Origin: an uncultured Planctomycetota bacterium
Lineage (GTDB): Bacteria; Planctomycetota; Planctomycetia; Isosphaerales; Isosphaeraceae
Length of the DNA stretch: 64,000 nt
Direction: 5' to 3'
NCBI GenBank assembly: GCA_963845755.1
Contig: CAWJTV010000020.1
Location: 512,001 to 576,000, forward strand
The position numbers were made by a program, and so were the translations under genes. The stretch's first letter is position 1. Every line of letters begins with the position of its first letter. The notes beneath the pieces are model-generated. The model was not told the origin of the DNA. It saw only the letters and a list, made by a program, of their open reading frames with translations, and did no database searches. Below, in pieces: positions 39,973 to 50,678 of the stretch.

Positions 39973-40227
39973 GACGTCCTTCTCCGATGCAATCGGAACG
40001 ATCCCCTGGAACCAGGGCGGTACGATACTCGGTTTCGTCAACCGGGTCAATTTCCCCCGAAAGCAACACCTGGCGATAGCACTTGCGCACTTTTCCACGC
40101 TCTCGCGTGCTTACGGCTTTCCTGGTCGCGAAAGCCGGCTTGACGCTTGAGTGATGCATGTCAAGTGCGTTACCCTCATGGACTCGGTCCGCATTTGATC
40201 GACTCGAACTCCTGCAAGGTGATCGAC

Positions 40228-41555
40228 ATGTCGTACCTCTCTCCTGGCAGCGTCATCGCGCCTCTCGTTCTTCTCGTCGCCGGTTCCTGGCGGATGGAGA
40301 TGACCTTTGTCGACGACCTTGCTGCCCTCCGTGGGAAGGTCGACGAAGTACTTCGCGTGGAGCTGACCCAGGATTGGTATCCGCGCGCCGTGGACCGGCA
40401 ACGGGGCGGTTTCCATCAGACATTCGCCCGGGATTGGTCGCCATCGCCCGATCGTGACACCTTCCTCGTCTATCAATCCCGCATGACCTGGACTGCGGCG
40501 GCTTTTGCCCGGCACTCGCCGACTCATCGCGACGAATTCGCGGGATACGCTCGCCATGGGATCGAGTTCCTGGATCGCGTCATGAGAGACAGGGAATTCG
40601 GCGGCCTGCACTGGGTGCTCGATTCGCAGGGCCGTCTCGACCCCAACCTCGGCGATGAGAAACACGTTTATGGGATCGCGTTCGCAATCTACGCCGCGAG
40701 CACGGTTCGAGATGTCACCGGCGACGAGCAGGCGCTGGCGCTGGCGCGGGAAACCTTCGACTGGCTGGACCGGCACGCGCATGACGCGAAGCACGGCGGT
40801 TACTTCGAAGCGTTACGGCGGGACGGTACTCCGATCCTTGGTTGGGACGAGAAGACGCCAATCGCCCGGCGGTCGGACCGTCTCGGCATCTACTACGGCT
40901 ACAAGACGATGAATGTGCACATCCATCTCCTGGAAGCAATCACCGCGTTGTCGCGGGTAGACCCGCGGCCTCTAGTCAAGGAGCGATTGCGCGAGCTGCA
41001 CGCCATCGTTCGCGACCGGATCGCCGTCGAGCCGGGCGCGCTGAATTTGTACCTCACCCCCGACTGGCGACCGATTCCCGCGCACGATTCGTTCGGCCAC
41101 GACGTCGAAACGGCCTACCTCCTCGTGGAAGCGGCCGAAAGTCTGGGGATTCCCGATGATGCCCGCACCTGGGAGATGGCGCGACGGCTGGTCGATCATG
41201 CCCTCGACTGGGGCTGGGACGACGACCATGGTGGCTTTTACGACAAGGGCGACTCATTCGGCTCACCCGCCTGGGACCGGAAGAAGGTCTGGTGGACCGA
41301 GGCAGAGGGCCTCAACGCGCGCTGCTGGTCATGCATCGGAAGTACGGCGAGCACAACGACCGATATGCGAAAGCGTTCCGGAAGCAGTGGGATTTCATCG
41401 AGAAGCACATGATCGATCCGCTTCATGGCGGCTGGTTCGCCGAGACGACTCGCGACGGCTCCTTGATTGGCGACGGCGCCAAGGCCAACTCCTGGAAAGC
41501 CAACTATCATACGTCGCGCGCCCTGATGAATGTCTCGGTACTCCTCGGGCGGTAG
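40228..41555 (+). CDS. AGE family epimerase (cellobiose 2-epimerase-like); frameshift ~41318
   Basis: QSRMTW; KHVYG; KTMNVHIHLLEA; SFGHDVE; KVWWTEAE; WKANYHTSRA. Confidence 0.9.
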
Positions 41556-41758
41556 GGCAGTCCTCGCTCCGAGCCGTGAGATCAATATCCTGCCGCGGAA
41601 AGTCAGAGATCGCTGAGGCTGATCGTGACCATGGTGAGGGCAGAACTACCATTGTTGCCTGCGTCGAAGTCGAGGATCCTTCGCCGGCATAGCGTGCGCG
41701 CACGGTCTGAATCGGCTTCCGTTCTATCGAGTTTCCGATTCTTCCTCGATCCGATCGC

Positions 41759-42037
41759 TCATCTCTTCGAGAAGAGCCGGGCGAACGCGCCTCGCAAACC
41801 CCGGGGGCCGGCCGCCTCGGAGTCTCCCTCGGGGATACATTGGCGGAACAGCTCTTCCAGGCTGCGGCGGAAACCCCAGTCTCTGGTGAGTTGGCTGAGC
41901 CGGTCGAACTCCCCCTTGCTCATGTAGCCCCGGAACACCAGTTTGTGGGCCTCGGGGTCGAAGAGAATGCGATCCTGGAGATCGGGCGGGAATTGATAGC
42001 CGTCCGGCATTTTGTCGAGTCTGACGAAGTGATCCAT
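41759..42037 (-). CDS. Small hypothetical protein (92 aa)
   Basis: Protein-like composition (L.FRGYMSK.EFDRL...WGFRR.LEELF) and coding-like codon use. Confidence 0.65.
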   Translation of the reverse strand: MDHFVRLDKMPDGYQFPPDLQDRILFDPEAHKLVFRGYMSKGEFDRLSQLTRDWGFRRSLEELFRQCIPEGDSEAAGPRGLRGAFARLFSKR

Positions 42038-42453
42038 GGGACCCCCGATCAAGAACCTATCCGATCGTTAAATCCTTTCCGGGATCGCGAGATCGAACCA
42101 GACCCTGCGCCCGGTCCATGCAGACCGTAGGCCTCCAGGTGACCCGGCCGGTTCCGGCGCGATCGTCAGGCCGATCGAGCGACCTCATAATGAGAGAATC
42201 GGAACGCAGGGAACGGTGCGGTGGTCCCGCCGAAACTCGCAATGATAGAAGATGTATCGGCAATCGGCCGTTCCTGCAATTCGCAAATGCGGATCATCCT
42301 ATAGCGAATTATCTCAATCCGACTCGCGGTCGTCCAGCACGTTGTTCCCGGGACGCGCGTGTCCGTGTCGACTTGCGGATCTCGGCTTCCTCAGGGAGAA
42401 TACCGGGCCGATGGGATCGGGTGGTGTTATCGCAAGGAGGAGGGGAGCGGCGG

Positions 42454-44424
42454 ATGGACGCGCTGGCAATCGGATGGGAGCACCATCGAGCGGGCCGGGA
42501 TGCGGAAGCGGAAGAATGGTGTCTCCGCGCACTTCGCTCGGACCCCGCGAATCACCAGGCCTGGCACCTCATGGGGTTGGTGGATTTCCATCGCGGCCAA
42601 TACGCCGAGGCGGAATCCCGATATCGAAGGGCCCTGGCCGCGCGCTCCGACTTCGCCGAGGCGTATGTTCAACCTGGGGGCCTTACTGGCCATGCAGGGC
42701 CGCCTCGACGAGGCGATCGCGTCGTTGCGCCACGCCCAGGCCCTCACCCCCGGTTCGGCGGACGTCCATCACCATCTCGGCGGAATCCTGTTCAAACTCG
42801 GGCGCCCGGCAGAAGCGGTCGCCTGCCTCCGGGAAGCTGTCCGCTGCAATCCCGACCATCCGATGGCCCCCTCGGCGCTCGGTTACGTCCTATCGTTGCA
42901 GGAGAACCATGCCGAGATGGCCGAGGTGTTTCGTCCCCTCGTGCGAATCCGGCCGGATCACCTGGTGGCCCACCTCCGGCTCGGCGAGGCCCTCGCGAAT
43001 CTCGGAAAGCTCGAGGAGGCGAGGGATTGCTTTGAAGTCGCCGTCAGACTGTCCCCCGGTTCGCCCGAGGCACAACTTGGCCTCGGGATGGCCTTATCGG
43101 ATCTTGGTCGATGGGAAGCCGCGCTGCCCAGCCTCCAGCTCGCCGTCGAATTGGCCCCGGACCGACCCGAGGCGCATACGATGTTGGCCAGGGCGTTCCG
43201 CGCTTGGCCAGTTCGAAGCGGCGCTGGTCTACGCCGATCGCGCGCTGGGACTTGCGCCTGATGACCCTCAGATGCACCGCGACCGAGGCTTCCTCCTGGA
43301 CGAGCTGAGACGTTGCGTCGAGGCGATCGCCAGTTACGATCGGGCGATTCGCATGGACCCTCAGCAGGCTGAGACCCATTACAACCGAGGGGTCACGCTC
43401 GTCAAGTTGGAGCGGTTCTCCGAGGCGATCGCCGCGTTCAGCGAGGCCCTCCGATTGCAGCCGGACTACGAGCAGGCCCGCGGTAACCGGGCGATAGCCA
43501 GGCTCACCCTCGGCGACTTCGAGGGAGGGCGGACAGAGTTCGAGGAGCAGGTGCGGCATCGCGACCGCGATGCCCCATGGCGACCGCAGCAACTCTGGAT
43601 GGGCGAGCCTCTCGAGGGGAAAACCATCCTCCTCCACGCCGATCAGGGTCTGGGGGACACCATCCAGTTCCTCCGCTATGCGCCGATCGTCCAGGCGCAG
43701 GGCGGGCGTGTGATCGTGGCCTCTCAGGCATCCCTCGTCCGCCTGGTAGAAACCTGCCCGGGAGTTCGACCAGGTCATCGCGCCGGGCGACCCGCTGCCG
43801 GAGTTCGACGTGCACTCGACGATCACGCGGCTCATGTGCCTGTTCAACACCACGATCGCAACGATTCCCGCTCGGCTGCCCTACCTCCTCGCTGACACGG
43901 CGCGGGTCGAACGATGGCGTGCGCGCCTCGACGCCTGGCCGGGATACAAGGTGGGTATCGCCTGGCAAGGGAACCCCAAGCATACCCGAGATCGGGATCG
44001 GTCCTTCCCTCTGGTCCTGTTCCAGCGGCTGTCCGAGATCGCCGGCGTCCGGCTCATCAGCTTGCAGAAGGGCCCCGGCACCGAGCAGCTTCGCGATTTG
44101 GGCGGCCGATTCCCGGTCGTCGACTTCGGCGACGCGGTTGACCCGGGCTTGACGATGATGGAGGATACCCCGGCCATCATGATGGGCCTGGATCTCGTGA
44201 TTACTCCCGATACCGCACTGGCGCACCTCGCCGGGGCCTTGGGCGTTCCGGTCTGGGTGGCACTCCCGATGGGGCCAGACTGGCGCTGGATGCTCGATCG
44301 AGAGGATAGTCCCTGGTACCCCACCGCTCGCCTGTTCCGACAGACCCAGATCGGCCGCTGGGAATCCGTCTTCGACCGCATCGCGGCGGCCCTGGCGGAA
44401 CGCAGTCAGGTCGCCGCGATCTGA
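42454..44424 (+). CDS. TPR-repeat protein with C-terminal glycosyltransferase (GT9-like) domain; frameshifts ~42665, ~43200, ~43765
   Basis: Multiple TPRs; LHADQGLGDTIQFLRY; VGIAWQGNP; ISLQKG; LDLVIT.DTA.AHLAGALG; DWRW...REDSPWYP. Confidence 0.88.
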
Positions 44425-44463
44425 GCCTCTGATGCGAATTCCGGGGTCAGCACGAGTAGACCG

Positions 44464-44610
44464 TCATTCGGCGCCGCGGGGGCGCTGTGGTTTCAAGACC
44501 TCCGGGCCGACCGCGAAGCCGAGGTATCGGGCGAAACGCCACTGGCGATATCGCGCGTACCATCCCTGTCGTGCTCGATCACGTGTTCGTCTCGCTCGAG
44601 TCGCATCCAT
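44464..44610 (-). CDS. Putative 48-aa Arg-rich small protein
   Basis: GAGGTGAGG RBS 3 nt before the ATG; MDATRARRTRDRARQGWYARYRQWRFARYLGF.. Confidence 0.4.
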   Translation of the reverse strand: MDATRARRTRDRARQGWYARYRQWRFARYLGFAVGPEVLKPQRPRGAE

Positions 44611-44966
44611 CGTCCTCACCTCGCTCTCCGGATGTTCCCCATTTCTACGTCCGTCCGGCGAGAAAGGGACTGCGCGGGACGTCGTTTTTTGGGTCTGGAT
44701 TCGCCTTGCTGACTCTTCTTCCTGCAAACGGCCACCACTCTGGCCCGCAATCGGAGGCCATGCTCTATTAAGGCTATGCCGTCTCGGCAGCCGATCCGGA
44801 CAAAAAACGACCAAAATTTGGAAGAAAAGCCGTTTCGAGCGTCTGATACGACCTTGCGACCGGACGGTGGCTGGCGAATCGGGATGATCGTCGTTACGAT
44901 CACGGCGGACGGCTCGCGAGGGTCGCGGCCCAGGACTGTTAGATCGAAAACCGGGAAGGTGTGGCG

Positions 44967-45803
44967 ATGAATCGACGAATGACCATGCTGGTTCTCAGCC
45001 TGGCGGCGACGAGCTTGGTGGTGGTCTCCACCCTCGGTCTGGGTCGTGCCCAGGAACCGCGGACGGTCGGTTTCAAGGACACTCCGATGTTGCCGGGCGG
45101 CCGCTGGCACGTGCACGACAGCGACCGGCCGCTGCCGAAGGTGATTACTCCGGGGACGTGCAGCACTCAGGACGAGACCGGGCGTCCTCCGTCCGACGCG
45201 ATCGTCCTCTTTGACGGCAAGGACCTGTCTCACTGGCAAGGGTCTCGAGGCCGGTCGGCCGGCTGGACGATCGAGGACGGCGCGATGGTCATCAAGCCGG
45301 GGGCTGGCGAGCTTCGGACCATCGACGAATTCGGCGACTGCCAGCTTCATCTGGAGTTCGCGTCGCCTGTCCCCCCGCGAGGCCGCGATCAAGGTCGTGG
45401 CAACAGCGGTGTGATGTTCTTCGGTCGCTATGAGATCCAGGTCCTGGACTGCTTCGATAACGCGACGTATGCGGATGGACATGCCGCCGCCATTTACGGC
45501 CAGTATCCTCCGCTAGTCAACGCCTCGCGCCCGCCCGGCCAGTGGCAAGCTTACGACATCATCTTCACCGCACCTCGCTTCAAGGCCGACCGTACCCTGG
45601 AATCGCCGGCCTACGTGACGATGCTCCACAATGGCGTGCTGGTGCACAACCACACCGCCGCGATCGGCGCGATGGCCTACCGTGCCGTCGGCAAGTACAC
45701 GCCTCACGGACCCAAGGGCCCGATCATCCTCCAGGATCACGGCAACCCGGTGCGTTTCCGCAACATCTGGGCTCGGCCGATCAAAGGTTATGACGAACCG
45801 TAG
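44967..45803 (+). CDS. DUF1080 / 3-keto-disaccharide hydrolase family protein
   Basis: PSDAIVLFDG; FGDCQLHLEF; GNSGV; YEIQVLD; PGQWQAYDI; LQDHGNPVRFRNIW. Confidence 0.93.
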   Translation: MNRRMTMLVLSLAATSLVVVSTLGLGRAQEPRTVGFKDTPMLPGGRWHVHDSDRPLPKVITPGTCSTQDETGRPPSDAIVLFDGKDLSHWQGSRGRSAGWTIEDGAMVIKPGAGELRTIDEFGDCQLHLEFASPVPPRGRDQGRGNSGVMFFGRYEIQVLDCFDNATYADGHAAAIYGQYPPLVNASRPPGQWQAYDIIFTAPRFKADRTLESPAYVTMLHNGVLVHNHTAAIGAMAYRAVGKYTPHGPKGPIILQDHGNPVRFRNIWARPIKGYDEP

Positions 45804-46061
45804 GCCCCGATGGGCCGCACATCCCGCTATACTTCCGGGCGATCTCGCACTGAGGTCCGTAGACGACCCCGGCCGGCTTGCGGTTCTCCGGCTTGGGCTC
45901 ATCGTTCCGGTCAACGTGGCTACGGATCTGGACGCCCGAATTGAGCCTGGGGTCGCACACACCCACCCCCTCAACGGAGGTCCCCATGGATACACCCGGG
46001 TCCGAGGCGAGCTATTTCATCAGCTTGCGGCTCCGGCGGATCACTGTCGGATATGCCTACC

Positions 46062-47868
46062 TCATTCCGCGACGTAACGATACCGGTATCGCCCCTCGGG
46101 GGCCACGTCGCCGCTGACGTAGAAGTCCAGGATATCGCCGGGATTCTGGAGATTATCGGCCCATTTGAAGTCCAGGGAGAGACGAGCTTGGTGGCGAGGA
46201 ATCCCTAGCGATTCCCGCGGGATGCGCAAGTGCAGTTCATTGCCGGCGGCGCGGAACGCGATTCGCGCGACAGGCTTCCAGTTCCAGCCGCCGTCGTTCT
46301 TCTCGAGCCAAGTGGTCCCATCGCCGCCCATCTTCCGGTTGACGATGAAGTCGTAACCCTCCCAGCCTGTCCTGGGATTGCCATCGACGTCGATTAGCAG
46401 CCACATCCAGTTGGGGTCGGAGAGCGGTGTTAGCGGCTGCCGCGTCCGGGCGTAGAATGAGACGTGTTCGGAATCCCGAGCGACCTTGAATGCCATAAGA
46501 TCATTGCGGCCGGTCTTGTCCCGGTAGTGGAGGCCACCGGCCCCGTCGAAGTCGCGGGGGAGCGTGTCTCCCGGGTCGTCGGTAAACTCCGGCGAAACGT
46601 CAGCCCACTGTTGCATGCGACCGTCGATCCGGATCGATCGGGCGGCCGAGGCGCGGGGCAACGGCGCGACCCCTTTGTAGCGACGGACGTTGGCCACGAG
46701 CTGATAGTAGTAGTTATCGCCATGGCCCCCTTTCATCGGCTCGATGTCGCGACTGTACTCCCGGTTGAACTGGTCGACGAACACGACCGGTCCGCCCGGC
46801 TTCCCGTAACGGTCGGCGAACCACTCGTTCCAGCCCGTGACCATCACGAACGGCGGATCGAGCGCCAGAGCGCGCTCCCACTGCTCCTGGAAGTTTGGCC
46901 CTCGATCCACCGCCCCGGGGGAGTGGTCCAACGTCCCATCGTGGAAGGTCCGGCCGCGGGCGTCGCCCGCGCTCATGTTCGTCACCCGGCCGTCACTGAC
47001 GCGAAGGTTCTGCGCCACGGAGACGTTGACCTGCTCGGGCTTGTCGAGATCTGTCGTGTATCCATAGTGCTGCGGATAGGTGGCCTCCCAGTGCCAGGCG
47101 TATGGCGTATTCACCTGGGTGAACGGCCAGTGGGCGCGGCGGAGCGTGAAGAAGCTCCGCAGTTCAGGGCTCGCCTTCTCGGAGTCGCAGACCAGGAGCG
47201 GCTTCCCTTCCCAGGTGAACCAGAGATCGCGAAAGTGCCCGGGCCGGTAGAGATCCCGATAGATCTTGTCGGCGGTCTCGCCGGCCTGGGCGTTGACCAT
47301 GAACGCGATCCCGGGCGTTCGGCCTCCGGCGTTCCTCACGTCCTGAAAGACGGCGCACAGCCGACGATAGACTTCGGGGTAGGTCGCGGCGTTGGTCGTG
47401 TCGAAGATCAGGACGTCGATGCCGGCCGCCGAGAGAAGCTGGGCATGTCGGCGCAAGACCCAGGGATCGGCCGAGAAGTAGTAGCCGTAGAGCGGCTCGC
47501 CCCAGTAGTGGTGCATCCCCATCGGACCCCAGAGCGGCGAGTCGGGATGTCGCAGGGCATCGGGATCCTTGGCCAGGATTTGCGACAGGTCATATGGCCC
47601 GCTGCCGGGCGGCAACTTGCCACGGGGTTCGTCATGCCAGAGGAAGTAGAAGATCCCCACATGACGGTCGGCCCGCGGCGCGGGTACGCCGCGGTCGCTC
47701 CGCCATCGGCAACGATCGCCCCAGTGCGTCGGTCGCGGGCCAGGGTACGCCTCGTACCGGCTCCGCCGCGCCGAGCCGGTCGGGGACCGTCAGCGTGACG
47801 AGAGCCCAGAGCAGTGCCGTGACGACAACGGTGCTCGAAATTCGAAAATAACTGATATTCTTATGCAT
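46062..47868 (-). CDS. Secreted GH99-like glycoside hydrolase; frameshifted near the 5' end (~47670-47700)
   Basis: WPATDALGR..; GIFYFLWH; WGEPLYGYY; AGIDVLIFDTTN; VTGWNEW; EYSRDIEP. Confidence 0.75.
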
Positions 47869-47877
47869 AAGATCTGG

Positions 47878-48681
47878 CTATTCCGGCTCCTGCGAGTAAT
47901 ACATGTCGTAGAACGGATCGGTCGGGTCTTTGGACGCCTTCCGCCAGGGGAGCGTCCATACCTGCTTCCCCTTCCAGAAAGCCTTGACCTCGAATGAAGT
48001 CATCGGGGCCAGGGCGTACTCCCATCGGAGGCCGCCGGCCGGGTCGGCTCGAGACTCGATCATGAGGACCACTTCGGGTTCGGTCCCGAGCGCGAACGCG
48101 AACAGGGCGCCATCCTCGACTCCCGAACCGGCCTTGCCGTAGCGGAGCCAGGGCTTCGGCAGGAGCCGGAGTTGGCTCCATCCCTCGCCCAGGAAATCAT
48201 CCGTGGCCGTGAACTCCTCGGCAATAGCTCGGAGTTGGCGCAGGCGTGCCTGGGGAGTTGCCGCCGGGGCGGGGGCCCCTGGCACGGGACGGAACTCGAG
48301 GCCGGGCTTGGGCCGCCACACCGCTCTGTCTCCGCTCTCCGCCACGATCGGGCTGGCCGACAGCGAGGTCCAGTCGTGGATCCAGTATTTCGTGGGGGCT
48401 CGGAACATCTGAATCGTCGCCTCGGGTCGACCGGTCCTGGCATCGGTCCAGAGGAAGATCGCGCTGTCCTTGACCTTCGTCACGGGGTTGTCGAGCCGGA
48501 AGATCGGATCGGCCAGGAGTCGGAACGGCGGCGATCCGGCAGCCGTCCGGCGGACGCGGTAATGGGCCACCGAGCTCTTCATGTAGGCCAGCCGCACGGC
48601 GGCATCCTCCGACAACGGCGGGGCCACTACCAGGTAGGGATGCTGAGCAAGCATCACGGTCAAGACGAGTGTAGTCGCCAT
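47878..48681 (-). CDS. Secreted planctomycete hypothetical protein (paralog of 11083 and 48713)
   Basis: DPIFR.DNP; GRPEA; WIHDWTSLS; RLRQLR; LRLLPKP.LRY; DGALFAF..GTEPEV. Confidence 0.8.
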   Translation of the reverse strand: MATTLVLTVMLAQHPYLVVAPPLSEDAAVRLAYMKSSVAHYRVRRTAAGSPPFRLLADPIFRLDNPVTKVKDSAIFLWTDARTGRPEATIQMFRAPTKYWIHDWTSLSASPIVAESGDRAVWRPKPGLEFRPVPGAPAPAATPQARLRQLRAIAEEFTATDDFLGEGWSQLRLLPKPWLRYGKAGSGVEDGALFAFALGTEPEVVLMIESRADPAGGLRWEYALAPMTSFEVKAFWKGKQVWTLPWRKASKDPTDPFYDMYYSQEPE

Positions 48682-48712
48682 CTCGGGTCATTCCTCGATA
48701 GGGGCCGCTCGA

Positions 48713-49553
48713 TCAATCCAGCCGGTCCAGAGCCGGCCGGTCGAACAGATAATACGGATTCGTCCATCCTGCGACGACCGGCTTGGGGAAGTCGGCGACC
48801 TCGCGGTCGTCGAGCTTGACGCGGAGCCTGGCCGCTACGATCCGGGCCATCCCGTAGAACCAGGCCGGCTCGCCCTGGTCCTCGTGACGCGCCTCGATCA
48901 GCAGCGCGACCTCGGGGTCGCGTCCGTAGGCCATCAGGAAGATTGCGCCGTCCTCCAACCCGGCATCGGGAGCGCGATAGCGGAGGATAGGCTGAGGAAG
49001 GAGCCGCAGTTCGAACCGGTCGGAAGGGTCGTTGCGGGCCGGGTCGAGCGACTCGGACGCCTTGAAGCGCCGGGCCGTCACGCGCATCTGGCGGAGTCGC
49101 TTGCCTTGATCGTCGGCCGGCGGTTGACCCTTGGGGATCGGGTCCAAGACGATGCCGGCTTCGGTCGGGTTCCAGGCCCATGGACCGGAGCCATGCCGGC
49201 TGCTCGCTACGAGCTTTCCGGCAGAGAGCGAGATCAGCTCGTGGATCCACTTGAGCCGCCCCCGGGTCGTCCTTCCCGAGCGAGAGGCAAAGCAAAGCGG
49301 CCGGCCGTACCGACTTGCCGAAGGCCCAGATCGTCCCGTCCGAGAATCGTCGTGCGGGGTCGTCGAAGCGATAGATTGGCTCGGGACTCAGCTCCGATTT
49401 GGTCCCGGCGGGCGTCAACTCGAGCGTGATCGCTCGGGCCAGCTCCCGCATGGCCGCCGACCTGGCCTCCGATGTCGCGGGCGGGCCGTCCTGCGTCCTC
49501 GCCGATAAAGTGGGCAGGCACAGGCTGATGACGGCTAACAAGGCGATTCGCAT
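48713..49553 (-). CDS. Secreted planctomycete hypothetical protein (paralog); frameshifted ~49150-49260
   Basis: Signal peptide; EPIYRFDDP; RLRQMR; LRLLPQPILRY; DGAIFLMAYGRDPEV. Confidence 0.72.
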
Positions 49554-50260
49554 TGGTCGGCGATTCGGCATAGTGGGCTACCCTCCTTCGTGATCCGGGC
49601 GCCAGGTCCTTGTCTGACAATTGTAACGGTGTTGGCTCCTCCTTTCCAGCCGGAGCCCAGCCGATCTCTGGGGTCTCCTCGTCGGTCGCCATCGTCATGC
49701 CTTCGGGGAAAGGTCCTGCCAGGATTGGGGCCGCCCGCAAATCGGCGATCGCTGCGCGATCGGCCCCACATCCGGGAGGCACTGTCAATATCGCGAGAGT
49801 TCAGTAGATATCACTGTCGTGTGTCGGGCAACGCATCCGATGAAGCTCAATGGTCCACCTGGAAAAAGTTCAAGTTTTGCGACTTCCCGTGGACAGAGCA
49901 CAGAGAAGGATTAAATTTATAAATTCATATATAATCACAAAACTTTCCGTGACGATCTTACTCGCGTCAATCGCGCCACGAGCCGCGCATGCGCAGGATC
50001 CGTTCCGACTGCCCGGGGATTTCCTCATCAAGATAGCCGACTAGTGTTTGCTCCAGCATGACAAGGCGCGCCGACACAGCTCTACCAATTCCCCCAGCCG
50101 GCTCCTGTCCTCATCTCACCGCCTGGTGGCGGATTGCCATCCAGCTCAGTGCCAACATCGACACCCGGCACATCGACACAGACTCAGCTCTCCGTGGTGA
50201 TCGTCAACTTTCTGCGGAGGACGCCGCGACGCCGCTCAGAAGACCGCCGATAGTCACTGG

Positions 50261-50660
50261 GTGCCGTACCTGGAGAGATGGTGGGAGGAATGGAAGTCTG
50301 GCGGGAGCCGCCGCGAGGCTGCCAATCGCGCCCTGGCCGGCATAAGTGATCCCCGCGCCGTGCACGCGATCCGCCGGGTCCTTTGCATGGAGAACGCGGC
50401 GCAACAGGAGATGGCCGTCCAGCTCCTCGGACGGATCGACAGCCCGTTGTCCTCCCAAACGCTCGTCAACTTGGTCTTGGAACATCGGTCAACGTCGGTC
50501 GTCAACGCCGCGCTCCTCCGATTGAAGGGTCGCAACCCGAGGGATTTCATGGATGGACTGATTGGATCTCTACGACCATCAATCCCCTATCGCGTTAAGC
50601 CGGTCGGCCCGAATGGTCAGCCTGGGATGTTGGTCATGGCAGGGAGAGGCAGCCCTCCGT
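50261..50660 (+). pseudogene. Internal fragment of a planctomycete HEAT-repeat protein
   Basis: ALAGISDPRAV..I..V....QEMAVQLLGRID...S..L..L...V...A...L..RNPRDF..LI..L...YRVKPV; no RBS or start context, truncated by the convergent gene. Confidence 0.55.
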
Positions 50661-50678
50661 TCCCGCCCTGTACGTCCA

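Noticed and set aside
40228..47868. Polysaccharide-utilisation locus (AGE epimerase, DUF1080, GH99-like)
   Set aside because: The genes are on mixed strands, interspersed with unrelated genes, with no transporter or regulator linking them.
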